DNA of 63,620 nucleotides, filler included, from Choristocarpus tenellus KU-1152 (GCA_964200185.2; 16 parts of 16 records of this genome joined end to end with filler, not necessarily neighbours in it); one strand, 5' to 3'. Positions 11,661 through 23,472 are shown, counted from the first letter of the whole stretch. Made by a program: numbers and translations. The notes: generated by a model from the letters alone, not told the origin.

Positions 11661-12793
11661 TATTAGTAAGACATAGGTAGCCTTAGTGAAGTTAGTTTCC
11701 AAAAGGTAATAGCACAATCTTCTAGGAAAGTCATCGTTACCCTGTACTTCATCTCACCATCTCTCACACGGTCCCCCCTTGGTGAACGAGATGATGAGAT
11801 GGTTGAAAGGAGAAGAGTGATATTTTTATAATGGTGGGATTTGGTTTAACACCTGTCGCTTCTAGAAAGAAACACCAAATAGAAACACCTACAACGTTTC
11901 CAGAAAACTGCATTACGATATCGGTAACTACGCAAGTGGCACTGTCTAGGCGTGTCATGCGTTTTAAGCTGGAGTCACGAGGGATATGGGCACGGAGGGG
12001 TGTATTAGATTCTTGGAATACCTCCCTAGCTCCTCCCCCCAGGGTACAGGTATAGAACAGCCGATCACCAAAATTGAGGATGGAGCATACTATGGAGGAT
12101 GAGTTTGACCCAATATNNNNNNNNNNNNNNNNNNNNNNNNNNNNNNNNNNNNNNNNNNNNTTAATTAATTAANNNNNNNNNNNNNNNNNNNNNNNNNNNN
12201 NNNNNNNNNNNNNNNNGGGGGGGGGTGGGTGGGTTGTGTGGTTGTTGGGGGGGGGGGGGGGGGGGGGGGGGTGGTGGGGGGGGGGGGAGGGGGGATATCA
12301 TTGACTTCACCTTGATGATTGCACGGAGCACATTATCTCAGGAGGAAGCTGATCAGTAGTCTCAGGCCCCTTCCCTCACCTGTCCTTGCCCGATAAAAAA
12401 AAATGGAATTGCATCATTGCTTTGTTGCATTCAAACCCACATGCTGAGGGGCCGAAGGCTGTTGCGAGAGTGAGGTGGATGTAATGCTGCATCTTTTTTG
12501 CACGTGTTGATACTTGCCCCGGAAAGAGCGACTGAAGGTGACCCACAAGGGTAGTTTAATGCAGTTTAATGTTCTAAAATTGGAGTAAGATGACCACATC
12601 ATGTTACTTCCTGCCCCTGCCAAGATTCCCCCATGATTTTTCTGCGGCAAGTATGTCTTACAATGTTATCCTTTTGGTCTCACAGTCTAGCAACAACCAG
12701 ACTGACCATCCAGTATCTGCGTAAGACCATCACCGTGACGTTGCTTTGACTTGCCTACTGAAGTAGTACCTCGGAGTTATGTATGTCAGAGCA

Positions 12794-13054
12794 GAGTCAA
12801 AGTGTATCTTAGAGGATAGGGCCGCGTCCATTTGGGGGTCGAAACCTAATGTTGCGATTTTGATGTAATTTTGGCTATGACATTTGTTAGGAAGTGTCAA
12901 TATCCTTGTTCCGGACACACCTTTTCATCACATACACATTTTACCTACTCCGAAATATTTTGCAGTAGGAAAATGTCATAAAAAAACCTGTGGGAAGCCA
13001 AGTCCCAAATGGACAAACTGGGCAAAACTCGTACCCTCTAAGATACTTTCTCTC
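12794..13054. mobile_element. MITE family B, complete (261 bp), TSD AGCA
   Basis: agca|GAGTCAAAGTGTATCTTAGAGG ... CCCTCTAAGATACTTTCTCTC|agca. Inverted homologue of 19819-20077. Confidence 0.9.
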
Positions 13055-13466
13055 AGCACATCAAAAGTGCATAGAGAAACGGTCACGCGGTACCCTACAA
13101 AATACGCATACGTCTATGTTTGACTCCGGTTACAAACAATTACTCCAATTACGTAATTGCAGTTCAGAGAGGTAGGATTTTTTGAAAGGCATCTGAACAG
13201 ACGGTCGAAAATTAGCACAGCACTCAGCAGCAAGGCTCTTTAACAGGAGTACTTGTACTTTGGTCTATTGACACAAATAGCACAAGACCGACGGGTTACT
13301 TGAGAAACTCGGGTACTAAAGACAGCCTAGACAGGGTGATGAGTATTGAGACCACAGTGCAAAATGTATGTGTAGCTGGTTCAGTTGCAAGAACCAAACC
13401 AATAGAGGTCAGACAGTGTATTAGGAACCTTTAAGTCAAGTGGGTAAGACACAACAGGTAATCTAC

Positions 13467-15061
13467 CTTTGGGAGCCACTCCCCGTTGACCCATTTTCCC
13501 TTCTCATAGGCGTTCCACACTTTCACCAAAGGTGCAGAAGGCCTAAGACCAGGACCCTCAGAGGTAGTGGGAACAGCAGGTTCTTCTTCAACTGGGCTGT
13601 CCTGTGCAGTGATAGCCGTCCCATTGGAACTATCTTTAGATTTATGCTCATGGTCACCATTTTTTGGCATCTTTACTGCTACATCAATGCCCTCATTTTC
13701 CAGCATGACCTGATATATATATCAAGTGAAAACACGCAGGTTTGTGAAAGATGGATACAGATGAGACAGATAGCATGCTAAGCAAACTTGGGAGAACATT
13801 GCAGCTGAGGAGGCAGCCTAATGGTGAAGAAGGGAGAAAACTGCAGTGCCCATTACTTCCTGACATCACTTTTCATTCTCTTTGTTGCATAGAGGAAGAA
13901 CTGCTCTGGCAAACACTTAACAGGCCCGAGGTCTTGCAAGGTTCAACGTCTCTTGGTTGTTGAACCTGACATGATCGTTTTCACCTACATAAAGCCAGAG
14001 ACTGAAAACAAACTGTTTTTCACCTATGCTTCTATCAGGCTGTAACAATTACAAAAAAAAAATATGAGGATGAAGGGACTAGGGGTTGGGGTGCTCGAGC
14101 AACCAGAAGTGTAGGTCGAAATTCTGGCGAGACACAAAAAAAATACAGTTCCTTGAAGCTGAAAGTGAAATGGCACTTGATTGTGTGCTAAAGAGATCAG
14201 CACCCACCCCCATCTGTGCCATCACAGCTTGAATGCCCTTGCTCTGGTCCTGTAGAGCCTCAAGCATGGCCCTGTCAAGCTGCTCCACCTACAACGTGAT
14301 ATGGTATTCAAGGAGGAGGGGGATTGTTCTTCAAAGTGAGGAACAGTCTATCCCAAAATGCCCAACGGAGGCTTGGGGAGAGATATAGCAGAGATGATGA
14401 AAGTGAAAAGAGTCCTGGAGATGTTTTAATCACCGATACGGAAGTGACCCCTAACCCTCATATCACTAGGACAGCACAATATCTTGGTTGCTGTGCCCTT
14501 CACCTTTTCCTTAAGGTGCCCCATATCGGCCGCCACCATCTCAAATGCCCTTGGATCTAGCTGTGGAGGATCTGCTGAGCTCTGTCCCCCTTTCCATGCC
14601 GGCTCCGAGTGTCGCATGGAGAATCCTGCCAGACTTGAACCCTTATTTCGTTCCCTGAAACCCAGACCAACTCTTCTACTACTGTCCGTCCAAATGTGGT
14701 CAGATGTCTTCGTGCTAGACCGGAAGCCAACGGCTAGCAATTGTAAGGACGACATGAATACCATCAAACCCAACAATCCTGCTATGCACCAATCACGGGA
14801 AGGAGGAAGGAAACTGCCAAGCCTGGAAATCCAGGACCTTCCCTCTTCGGAAACGCTGCTGTTGGCCGTGGTTGCAGACCTCGGTGTACTGCCAAGCCTT
14901 GGTCTGTTCGTCTTCTTGGTGTCAATGACCAAGGACGGGGATTCATGTTGTGGTACCCGCTGGAAGGTGGTGGAAGGAGGGCTACGGGCGTTGGGAGAAA
15001 GCCCTGCCTTGGGTGACTCCCATCTTTGCTTTTGTTTAGGAGAACAACGCACCTCGCCCAT
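13467..15061 (-). CDS. Hypothetical type-II membrane protein, exons 15061-14504, 14288-14208, 13709-13467; 3' part unresolved
   Basis: Three phase-0 GT-AG-linked exons encode a Ser/Pro-rich N-terminus, one hydrophobic helix (WCIAGLLGLMVFMSSLQLLAVGF), a short coiled coil (HLKEK|VEQLDRAMLEALQDQ), a linker and GKWVNGEWLPK. Confidence 0.65.
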
Positions 15062-15787
15062 TCCCCTTTGAGGGGCGTCGTTTTGGCGAAACGTTGAGCC
15101 TCGAAAGAAGGTTGCTTTGGACTTACGAGGAAATCAAAATAGGAAGATGCATCTATGGGGAGGGTGCTAAAGTCAGTGGATACATGCTCTTGATTCTCAA
15201 ATCCCAAAAGTCGGACAGTATTGTGATATGAGGTAGGCCTTATGAGGTAGAAATCTGTGAGTGGTGGTTTCAAGATTTGGAATGTGTCGTCCGTACTGGT
15301 TGTAATTTGATTATCACGATTACATTATAATAGGAACTATCGTTCAAAGGTTTATATTAGCACTTTCTGTAGATAATGAAGTATCGGACAAGATTGAGAT
15401 CCTGCTTCTTCTTTTACATTGTGGCATAGTAAAACAGTAGTAATGTGGCAAACAAAAGTACTGATACTAATACAACTTCTATACTACTCACCATATGATA
15501 CTACCCTTCTCTTTTTTTTATTTATGATTTGGTTCTGGTGAGCGAAAAACGTTTTCATCTCCCTACCAACATACTCTTGTGTTATACCATCGATTACCTC
15601 AAAGAACCACATACTTAACAGTGGATTCGCAATATTGAGGATGGAGCGGGACTATGAGGATGGTTGTTTTGCGAAAACGGTCTTAAANNNNNNNNNNNNN
15701 NNNNNNNNNNNNNNNNNNNNNNNNNNNNNNNTTAATTAATTAANNNNNNNNNNNNNNNNNNNNNNNNNNNNNNNNNNNNNNNNNNNN

Positions 15788-18700
15788 ACTACTCTTTGGG
15801 GAGGTAGCACCGGCTTACCACACCTTAACCAAACTGGTAAGGGAATGTTACATGCGGCAAACCCGAAAGGATGCAGTATTCCACCTATGCAGGTACTAGG
15901 ATCCTGCATACTGCCAATATTGTTTCCCCCAGAGGATAGAGTCCACAATTGTAACATTTAGAGTAGTGGAAGGCTTACCTTATGGGATGTTTCTGGGAGC
16001 TGCATTCTGTAGGCAGAACAAGAGCGTACTGTCATTTCGAGAGGGGGAAGGCTTTCGACCAGCTCCAAATTCACCATGGATACCTTTTGTTCGAGCTGTG
16101 ACACCCCGACCTCATGATAACAATGCACCCCTGTCAGCCCTAGGAGAATGGCAAGCATCAATGACCCCCACAACCCGACCATCCAAGTACCACAGACTGT
16201 CTCCCAATAAGCCCAGATCAGCTGAATGTAGAGAACCCCCCCCTAACACAGTCCCTAGATTCCCAAGATGCACTAGTACTCTAACTGGTGAGCATACACC
16301 ACCAGAAAAGGAACATGCAACTTTTTTTGATGTAGGCCCAGAAGCAGGCACCCAAGATATGGATCCAGAGGCAGATATCGTCACAAACGATCTTACCCAG
16401 GATAAGGATCCCCGGACCCAACCATTGGAGAATCCAGGTGTAGTACCCCTTTCGGCAGAGGTAGTGTGGGAAGATGATGGGACTCTGCAATGGGAATTGC
16501 GTCTGTCAGAGGTAGAACATGTAGAAGGGTTTGTCAGCAAAGTCTGCAAAGGATTTGTCAAGGGGGCACAACCACAATCCAGACAGTTGGTGATGGTTGA
16601 GCCCTTAGCAGAGTATAACCTGGAATTAGGGAATGCTGTCGGAGTTGCCAGAGGTATACAATGGTGGAACCCAGGAACCCCTATTTATTGCAAACTGGTA
16701 AATACGTGCAGCAAGCCCAGTAGTGTCCAGGCAGGTCTGCCGATTGCAAAGGCGATTGCTCTGAATACTAAGGATACAGAGAGGGTGGTTACACTCTTTC
16801 AGTCACTAGCCCATTTCCCCAAAGACCCTCGAAAAGCACAGGTTCTGCTTGCCAAGACTAGTTTTCAGACAAGGCATTCCCCAGAAGCAGACGAGACTGG
16901 TGACTGCCCGGTAGCAGAAGAAGGAGACACCCCTTCAGGTGAAGCCAAGGGAGTCCAACATCAATCGGTGAGCCTCAGCGATGCCAGTATTGGACAGCTG
17001 ACACCAGGACAGAAGAAACAGTTGGTGGAATTGTTAGAAATTTAGGGGTATTCCCTGAAGTTCCCAAACGAGTTCCCCCATGCTCTAGAGGAGTATTGCA
17101 TATACCACTATTAGACGAGAACTGCACACCCTATGCAGCGAAACAAAGGCGCTTTTCTCCTGAAGAAACGCAGATGATTCAGGCCGAGGTTAAGCAGTTA
17201 CAGGAACGTGGTATTATCAGACCCTCTAACTCAGCATGGGCAGCAGCAGTAGTAGCAGTACGTAAGAAAGATGGGACCATGAGGTTGTGCACAGACTATA
17301 GGATGCTGAATGACCTCTCGCGAAGTGATAGTGGAGGTCTCGGAAACATCACCAGCATCTTTGATAAGCTTAAGGGTTCTAGCTATTTCACTGCCATAGA
17401 TTTAGCATCAGGATTCTTTCAACTAGAAATCGCAGAGGTAGACAAACATAAGAGAGCCTTTCGTGACGCTCATGGACAACCTTGGGAATACAACAGGTGT
17501 GGCTTTGGATTGAAAATCCTACCTGCAATATTCTCTGGTTACATGAGAGAGGCAATAGGAGATCTCAAAGGAAACGGCGTGGAAAACTGGCTAGACGATC
17601 GTTTTTGCTATAGCTCATCATTTGATGAACACATGACCAAACTTCGCCTCCTTCTTACCAGACTCAAGCAATATGGCCTGTCTGTGAACTTTCCCAAATC
17701 CTCGTGGTGCATGCCCTCACAAGAATTTGTAGGAATGAAGGTAGGTAGAGACGGCTTGAGTCCTGCCCCATCAAAAATGATAGCGGTAGCAAAACGTGAT
17801 CCCCCATCTACAGTTGAGCAGTTAAGAAGTTTCCTAGGCATGACAGGATACATGCGACAGTTTGTTCCGAACTACGGCCAAGTAGCTACACCTCTGACTA
17901 ACATCCTCCGGAACAAAGGGTATGCCTCCAAAAGAGGTAGGAAGAAGAGTATTCCTTGGGGACCAGGGGAGCAGAAAGCCTTTGAAGAACTTAAGGTGCG
18001 TCCGGTCTCCCCACCAATCCTAGTCTTTCCTGATTGGGATAAGAATTTCCTTCTTCATACAGATGCTAGTGAGGAAGGGGCTGGAGCAACACTGACCCAG
18101 GTACAGGATGATGACCAAGAGCATGTCATAGCTTATGCTAGCCATAGATGGTCTAAATCAGACAGTAGGAGAGCACCCACTGAAAGGGAATGCATGGCTA
18201 TCTTGTGGGCTGTAGAACACTTCCGCTCCTACATTTGGGGTAGGGAATTCACCCTAGTCACTGACTGCTCCGCACTGACTTGGCTCTTCAAGAGTCGTGA
18301 ACTTAGCCCCAAGCTCCACAGGTGGGCCCTCCGTCTTATGGACCACGATATGGAACTTAAGTGGCGACCCGGTTCGAAGCACCAACTACCAGATGGACTG
18401 GCACGACTTTCCTCACCCTCAGATCAAGACCCTACCCTCGAAGACAGGGTAGAAATAAAAGGAAAAGCAGGAGAAGAGAAGCCACCGTGCAAGAAATGTT
18501 GCACAAGTACACGAAGGCCAAAGAACAAGAGAGGCAGTGACAGATTAGTCCGAGCAAGTGAGGTGGTCCAATACCATCCCTCTCTCAAGAGAGCAATGAC
18601 TACTCTTTCAGACGTGCCAGAGCTAGTGGAGAAGCAGAAGAAGGACCCCTTCTTGAGCAGCATACGAGGTGTACTCGAAGGCCAAGAACACCGGAAGCCG

Positions 18701-20535
18701 TCACTCGAAGGGAGAAAAGGGAGTATAGATGTGGAGTCATATTCCCTAGATGATAAGGAGTTACTCTGGTACACCCCTGGAGAGTATACACCTATGTTGG
18801 CAGTTCCTCCTTCACTAGTGTCAGACATCATAGCATTAGTTCACCCTCATTCAAGCCATCAGGGAGTTGGACGCACAGTAGCCCTAACCCGTCGATACTT
18901 CTTTTGGCCCTAACTCCACAAAGACACGCAGGATTATGTTTTATCCTGTGGCTGTCGCAGACGAAAGAGGACCAGAAGCGCACAAGTTGCAATGCTGCCA
19001 GCCAAGTTCCTAGAACCATGGGATGTACTTGAGATGGACCTACAACATGTAGGACACATTTCAACAAAAAGTAATAGGTATCTGTTAATTGTGATTGATA
19101 GAGTTTCGAGATTTCCTTTTGCATTTCCCATGGCGTCAAAGGACGCAACTGGAGTAGCAACAAATACGTTAGAACTTTGTCTCACATTCGGGATCCCTCT
19201 GTCAATTCGTAGTGATGCGGGAGGGGAGCTCACAGGAGACGTAATGAGTCACCTTTACCGTTGGTTGAAGGTCCCTATCAATTATGGGCCAACTGGTAAC
19301 TCGAGGGGACAAGGGGGGGTAGAAAAGATGGGAGGCCTGCTTTTAGAACTCTTGTCGGAACTATGTGCGAAGTGGCCAGATAGATGGGATGGGTATGTAT
19401 CTCCAGCATGTTGGGCACAACGCACCACCCCAGATCCCTCTGACCCGCTCAACCCCACTCCCTTCAGAGTCCTGTTTGGCCGTGACCCCCGCACACAGCT
19501 AGACGCCGTCATACCCAAGTTGGATGGGGACGTAGATGTCGGGGGATTGGATTCCTTCATAGAGCAAAGAAGACAGAACTTCCGGGAGGTACGAGAAGTC
19601 CTGGAGAGAAGGATGTCCGCTAGGCAGAGACAGAGAGAGAAAGCCAATGCTTTGATTGCTAGGTCTTCCCCAGGACTGGGATCCAAACCAGGTGACCTAG
19701 CCCTAGTGAAAGAAGCAGACAGCTCTATATCTATGGGGAGAAATTAGGCCAGACAAGGCTAGGCAGGAAGCTAGTCCATGAAAGGTGGACAGGACCGTGG
19801 ACTGTAAAGAAAACTTCAGAGTGAAAGTATCTTAGAGGGTACGAATTTTGCCCTGTTCGTCCATTTGAGGCTGGAATTCACACGGGTTTCTTATGGTATT
19901 TTCCTACTCCGAAATGCTGTGAAGTAGGTAAAATGTATACGTTATGAAAAAGTGTGTTTGGAACAAGGATAATGACACTTCCTTTACAAACACAATAGCC
20001 AAAATTACATCAAAATCGCAACATTGAATTTTGGCCCCCAAACGGACGCGACTCTACCCTCTAAGATAATTTGACTCTCGCACAAGAGTAGTAGCATGAT
20101 AGTAGAACTGCTAGGTAGGCAAACGCGCACGAATAATGTTCATGCTTCTTGTGTAAAACCCTTCCACGTAAGACCCATCCATTTGAGAAATAGCTTCCAA
20201 GAAGAATATGCCCAACTAGTGGGGGAGTCGGACCTGGGTCTAGCAGAGCAATCTGTGGTAGCAACCCCTATGTAAACCCTTACAGACAGAAAAGCAGTAC
20301 TGTCGCCATCCAATGTATGGCACTGGGAGTACCGAGGAAAGTATCAGAACGGAGATATGTCAGACTGGATCACCGAGAAAGAAGCTATGGATAGCTTCTC
20401 GCCACTCCAGTTAGATGCTTTCCATGCCCTCTGGGACCTGTATAATCCAGACACAAGCCCACGTCCTACTGACACCTCTCGCCAAGGAAAACCCTTGTCT
20501 AGAGAGGATGCATTACACCTTTTCCCCACAGTTAC
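15788..20535 (+). mobile_element. pol: Ty3/gypsy LTR retrotransposon pol (PR end, RT, RNase H, integrase, chromo-like), disabled
   Basis: RT motifs KKDGTMRLCTDYRMLN, AIDLASGFFQ, GFGLK and WLDD. RNase H motifs LHTDAS, ERECMAI, LVTDCSAL and PDGLAR. Integrase H-H-C-C plus D(EMD)-D(RSD)-E(VEK), then WTGPWTV...VHASCVKPF. The PR-RT-RH-IN order is gypsy. Disabled by a frameshift near 17045-17096, stops at 18911 and 19745, a MITE at 19819 and an LTR-A at 20536. Confidence 0.97.
19819..20077. mobile_element. MITE family B, complete (259 bp), inserted in gypsy integrase C-terminus
   Basis: tca|GAGTGAAAGTATCTTAGAGGGTAC ... TACCCTCTAAGATAATTTGACTC|tcg. Removing it plus 3 bp restores WTVKKTSHKSSSMIVEL. 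Confidence 0.9.
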
Positions 20536-20788
20536 TGTTAAAACATAGGCTACTCATTTGTTTCTTGTTGATATGATACACATACTACCAGCTTGTACTG
20601 CACTGGTTGTTAGTGTTCATTTATTTATTGCGCATCCCAATTCATCATCACATCGATGACAGTAGATAGAAGCATAGCATCAGTCGATACTCAGTTGATC
20701 CACATCACACACAGGAACATCATACCACACGTCATCCAAGTTACTTCGGAACTTGCATCAAGTGCGTTCCACTGTTACCTTGTGTTCC
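20536..20788 (+). mobile_element. LTR family A inserted into the 3' end of gypsy pol; cut by contig end
   Basis: TGTTAAAACATAGGCTACTC begins right after ...CCCACAGTTAC, where the homologue near 6200 continues into the Tudor-like domain. Confidence 0.8.
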
Positions 20789-20888
20789 NNNNNNNNNNNN
20801 NNNNNNNNNNNNNNNNNNNNNNNNNNNNNNNNTTAATTAATTAANNNNNNNNNNNNNNNNNNNNNNNNNNNNNNNNNNNNNNNNNNNN

Positions 20889-20989
20889 GTCGCACGTGTC
20901 GGATTTTAAATGTCAGCAAAAAAAAGTTCAGTTTGACCGAAACGGACGCCCCCCCACAAACCCCCCCCCCCCCCCAGATACTTTGACCC
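20889..20989. mobile_element. MITE family C end
   Basis: GAAACGGACGCC, C-run, AGATACTTTGACCC. Reverse complement of the sequence starting at 41629. Confidence 0.8.
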
Positions 20990-21914
20990 TTCCTGCCATT
21001 CAACACGTGGATAAGCATGCTAGAGATTAGATTGCATCTCGTCCCTATCCCGACTTGATATAGCATCTACCACCAAGTCATTCCTCTTCCCCGCAACATG
21101 TTCTGATGCAAACGACATCCCCCTGCTATCTCGAACGCCTCCATTATCCTCATCAATTCCCCCGCCCTCCTATCTCTTCCCCCTCCACACTTAAGGAATC
21201 AGTGCACTGCAGAGTTGTTGTCCCCTCTTAGCAGTACTAGGTCTCCCTTCTTCTTTGCCCTTCCCCTTATCTTCACCACCAATAACCACGCATTCATTAC
21301 CATGACTAACACTCCCAGCAAATTGACCGATATACTCCCTTCCTCTCCTTTCATCATACTTCATGTAGTCTTTCTTCACACACTTCGGGAAATATCATAC
21401 CTCCACCACTTACCTGTCTCCATGTGGTACCCTCCTACTGCTAAGAAGCACGCATCTGAACACCGTGTCACTGGTAGTCTTACCACAAACCCCATAAAGG
21501 GGTAACTCAGGTTTCTCCCTTTCTCTGCCAAGCCTCATTCTAACACCCATCTCCCCTAAATTCCTTACCTATCCTGATCTCTCTGGTTCCTTCCCTCACT
21601 CCCTCCCTCTGTTCCCTCTGACCACCCCAAGTCGCTATCCTTCCCAACCCGCCCCCCTTCTGGTCTAGCCCGGACAGATACACCAGCTACCAAAGAAAAG
21701 ATCTCCCTAGGCGAATAATATACGACATGTGTAACAGCTTTCCTAGCAACACCCATACATCTCTCACTCTGGCTACCGACCTCGATTCTGGCCACTCTGC
21801 TAGCAATACCTTCAACCCCTTCAACTTTCGGTCTGGTAAAGCGATTGCCATTGTCTCAGTGTCTATCCTCCATCCCACTACTACCTGTGTGGTATGCCAT
21901 CCTGTCAACTTCTT

Positions 21915-22093
21915 GGTTCAGAGTATCTGGGGGGAGGTGGCGACTGTCCAATTGGGACAAATTTTTTCATGTCGCGATTTTTGGGTGATATGGTTCCGTA
22001 CGTTGGACGGATAATGAAAGCGCACTTTTCTTGGTTTTAGTCCAAATGAACACTTCGGTGTAGACCCCCTCCCCCCCCCAGATACTTTAGGTC
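21915..22093. mobile_element. MITE family A, complete (179 bp), TSD TCTT, in DIRS RT
   Basis: tctt|GGTTCAGAGTATCT ... AGATACTTTAGGTC|tctt. Removing it plus 4 bp restores SAKKLTGW. Confidence 0.9.
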
Positions 22094-22425
22094 TCTTCGC
22101 TGACAAGATGGGGGGTTATTCTGCCTGTCTCTGGTCTAGCAATCGTATGTGATCTGAAACTAAGGAGTTCGTCACCAACTTCAATATTTTCCCATCCTCA
22201 AACCATCGGGCCTCTCTACTAGAATACTATCGTCTACATACATTCTTGCAACGAAAGGGGTCCTCTACCCCCCCCCCTACTACTTCAGAAAAATTCCACG
22301 TCTCATCTAATTCACTAACCTCTCTCCCACCCTTCTGCTACGAATGACTTATCCCTTCGGCTTCCTTTATGATTACTACTACTGCCGATTGGTGGTCTGT
22401 GTGACAGTGGAAAAATCCTATAGCA

Positions 22426-22685
22426 AAGTGAAAGTATCTTAGAGGGTACGACTTTTGCCCTCTTTGTCCTTTTGGGGCTTGGTTTTCCCATGTTTTTTTT
22501 TATGACATTTATCTACTCCAAAGTAATTAGGAGTAGGTAAAGTGTGTATATTATGAAAAGGTGCGTCCGGAACATGGATATTGACACTCCCTAAAAAACA
22601 CGATGACCAAAATTACATCAAAATTGCAACATTGGATTTTGGCCCCAAAATGGACATGGCTCTACCCTCTAAGTTAATTTGACTC
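22426..22685. mobile_element. MITE family B, complete (260 bp), in DIRS RT
   Basis: agca|AAGTGAAAGTATCTTAGAGGG ... CCCTCTAAGTTAATTTGACTC|aaca. Removing it plus 4 bp restores WDLMASAIG. Confidence 0.88.
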
Positions 22686-22799
22686 AACACTTGCCATTAG
22701 GTCCCACCATCCTGGGCTATTCTTCCAGCCAAATTGGAACCTAAAACCAACCACTATAAAATCTTCAACACAATACCCAAACCTCGATGCCCCCCTTCG

Positions 22800-23472
22800 A
22801 ATTCGAATCAACTGCATCGTACATGTAAGCAAAATGCGTAGACTACGAGCGATGAGGAATCATGGAGTTGCAAAGCACCGATGTATTTATTCTGTTGTAA
22901 CTGAGGTCATTGATCGCTAAGTCAAGAATGATGCGATGTGAATTCAGTATTCTTGCTTGCTCAATTCAGTGTCCTTTCATGAGATACTCAAAGAAAGAAG
23001 TCCATGCTCTGTGGAGAGGCTTGTTACCTTGGCTGGCAAGGGTTTCCGTAGATGGTTTTAACTCTGATTATGTTACATCCAGTTGTGCGTGAGGTACACC
23101 CATTACACAGTGACCTTGGTGTATTATGAGGGACCAATGACAACCAAAAAAGAGATAAAAATCAACAATTAACGTAGAACTGTCATCTTCTGCTGTTAAG
23201 AAGAAGAAAGAGAGAAAAAACAAAAGAACAAACAACAGAACAACAAAACAAACTTGAATCAATATGTGATGCAACTCAAGTGACGCATACTATTCTTGCG
23301 TGTGGAAAGCAGAACGACTGTTCTGTACTGCGGTGTTCTGATGGTAATTGATGTGGAGATGATGAACTAGTGACAGTAACGACCAGTGCGTAACAGACCA
23401 ATCAACAGGCAGTGTTGACTGGTGGAACTGTATCGTATCAAGGAAAACAGATGAGTAGCCTATGTTTTAACA
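22800..23472 (-). mobile_element. Solo LTR, family A (~670 bp), in DIRS RT
   Basis: Starts TGTTAAAACATAGGCTACTC on the minus strand and is colinear with 42080-42698. Flanks are CTTCG and CTTGG (4/5 match for a 5-bp TSD). Removal restores VDPRGASRFGY. Confidence 0.8.

Noticed and set aside
14484-15273. 195-aa plus-strand and 163-aa minus-strand ORFs
   Set aside because: Shadow ORFs overlapping the spliced membrane-protein exon, with no motifs.
16112-19686. Several minus-strand ORFs over the gypsy pol
   Set aside because: Antisense shadows of a long coding frame.
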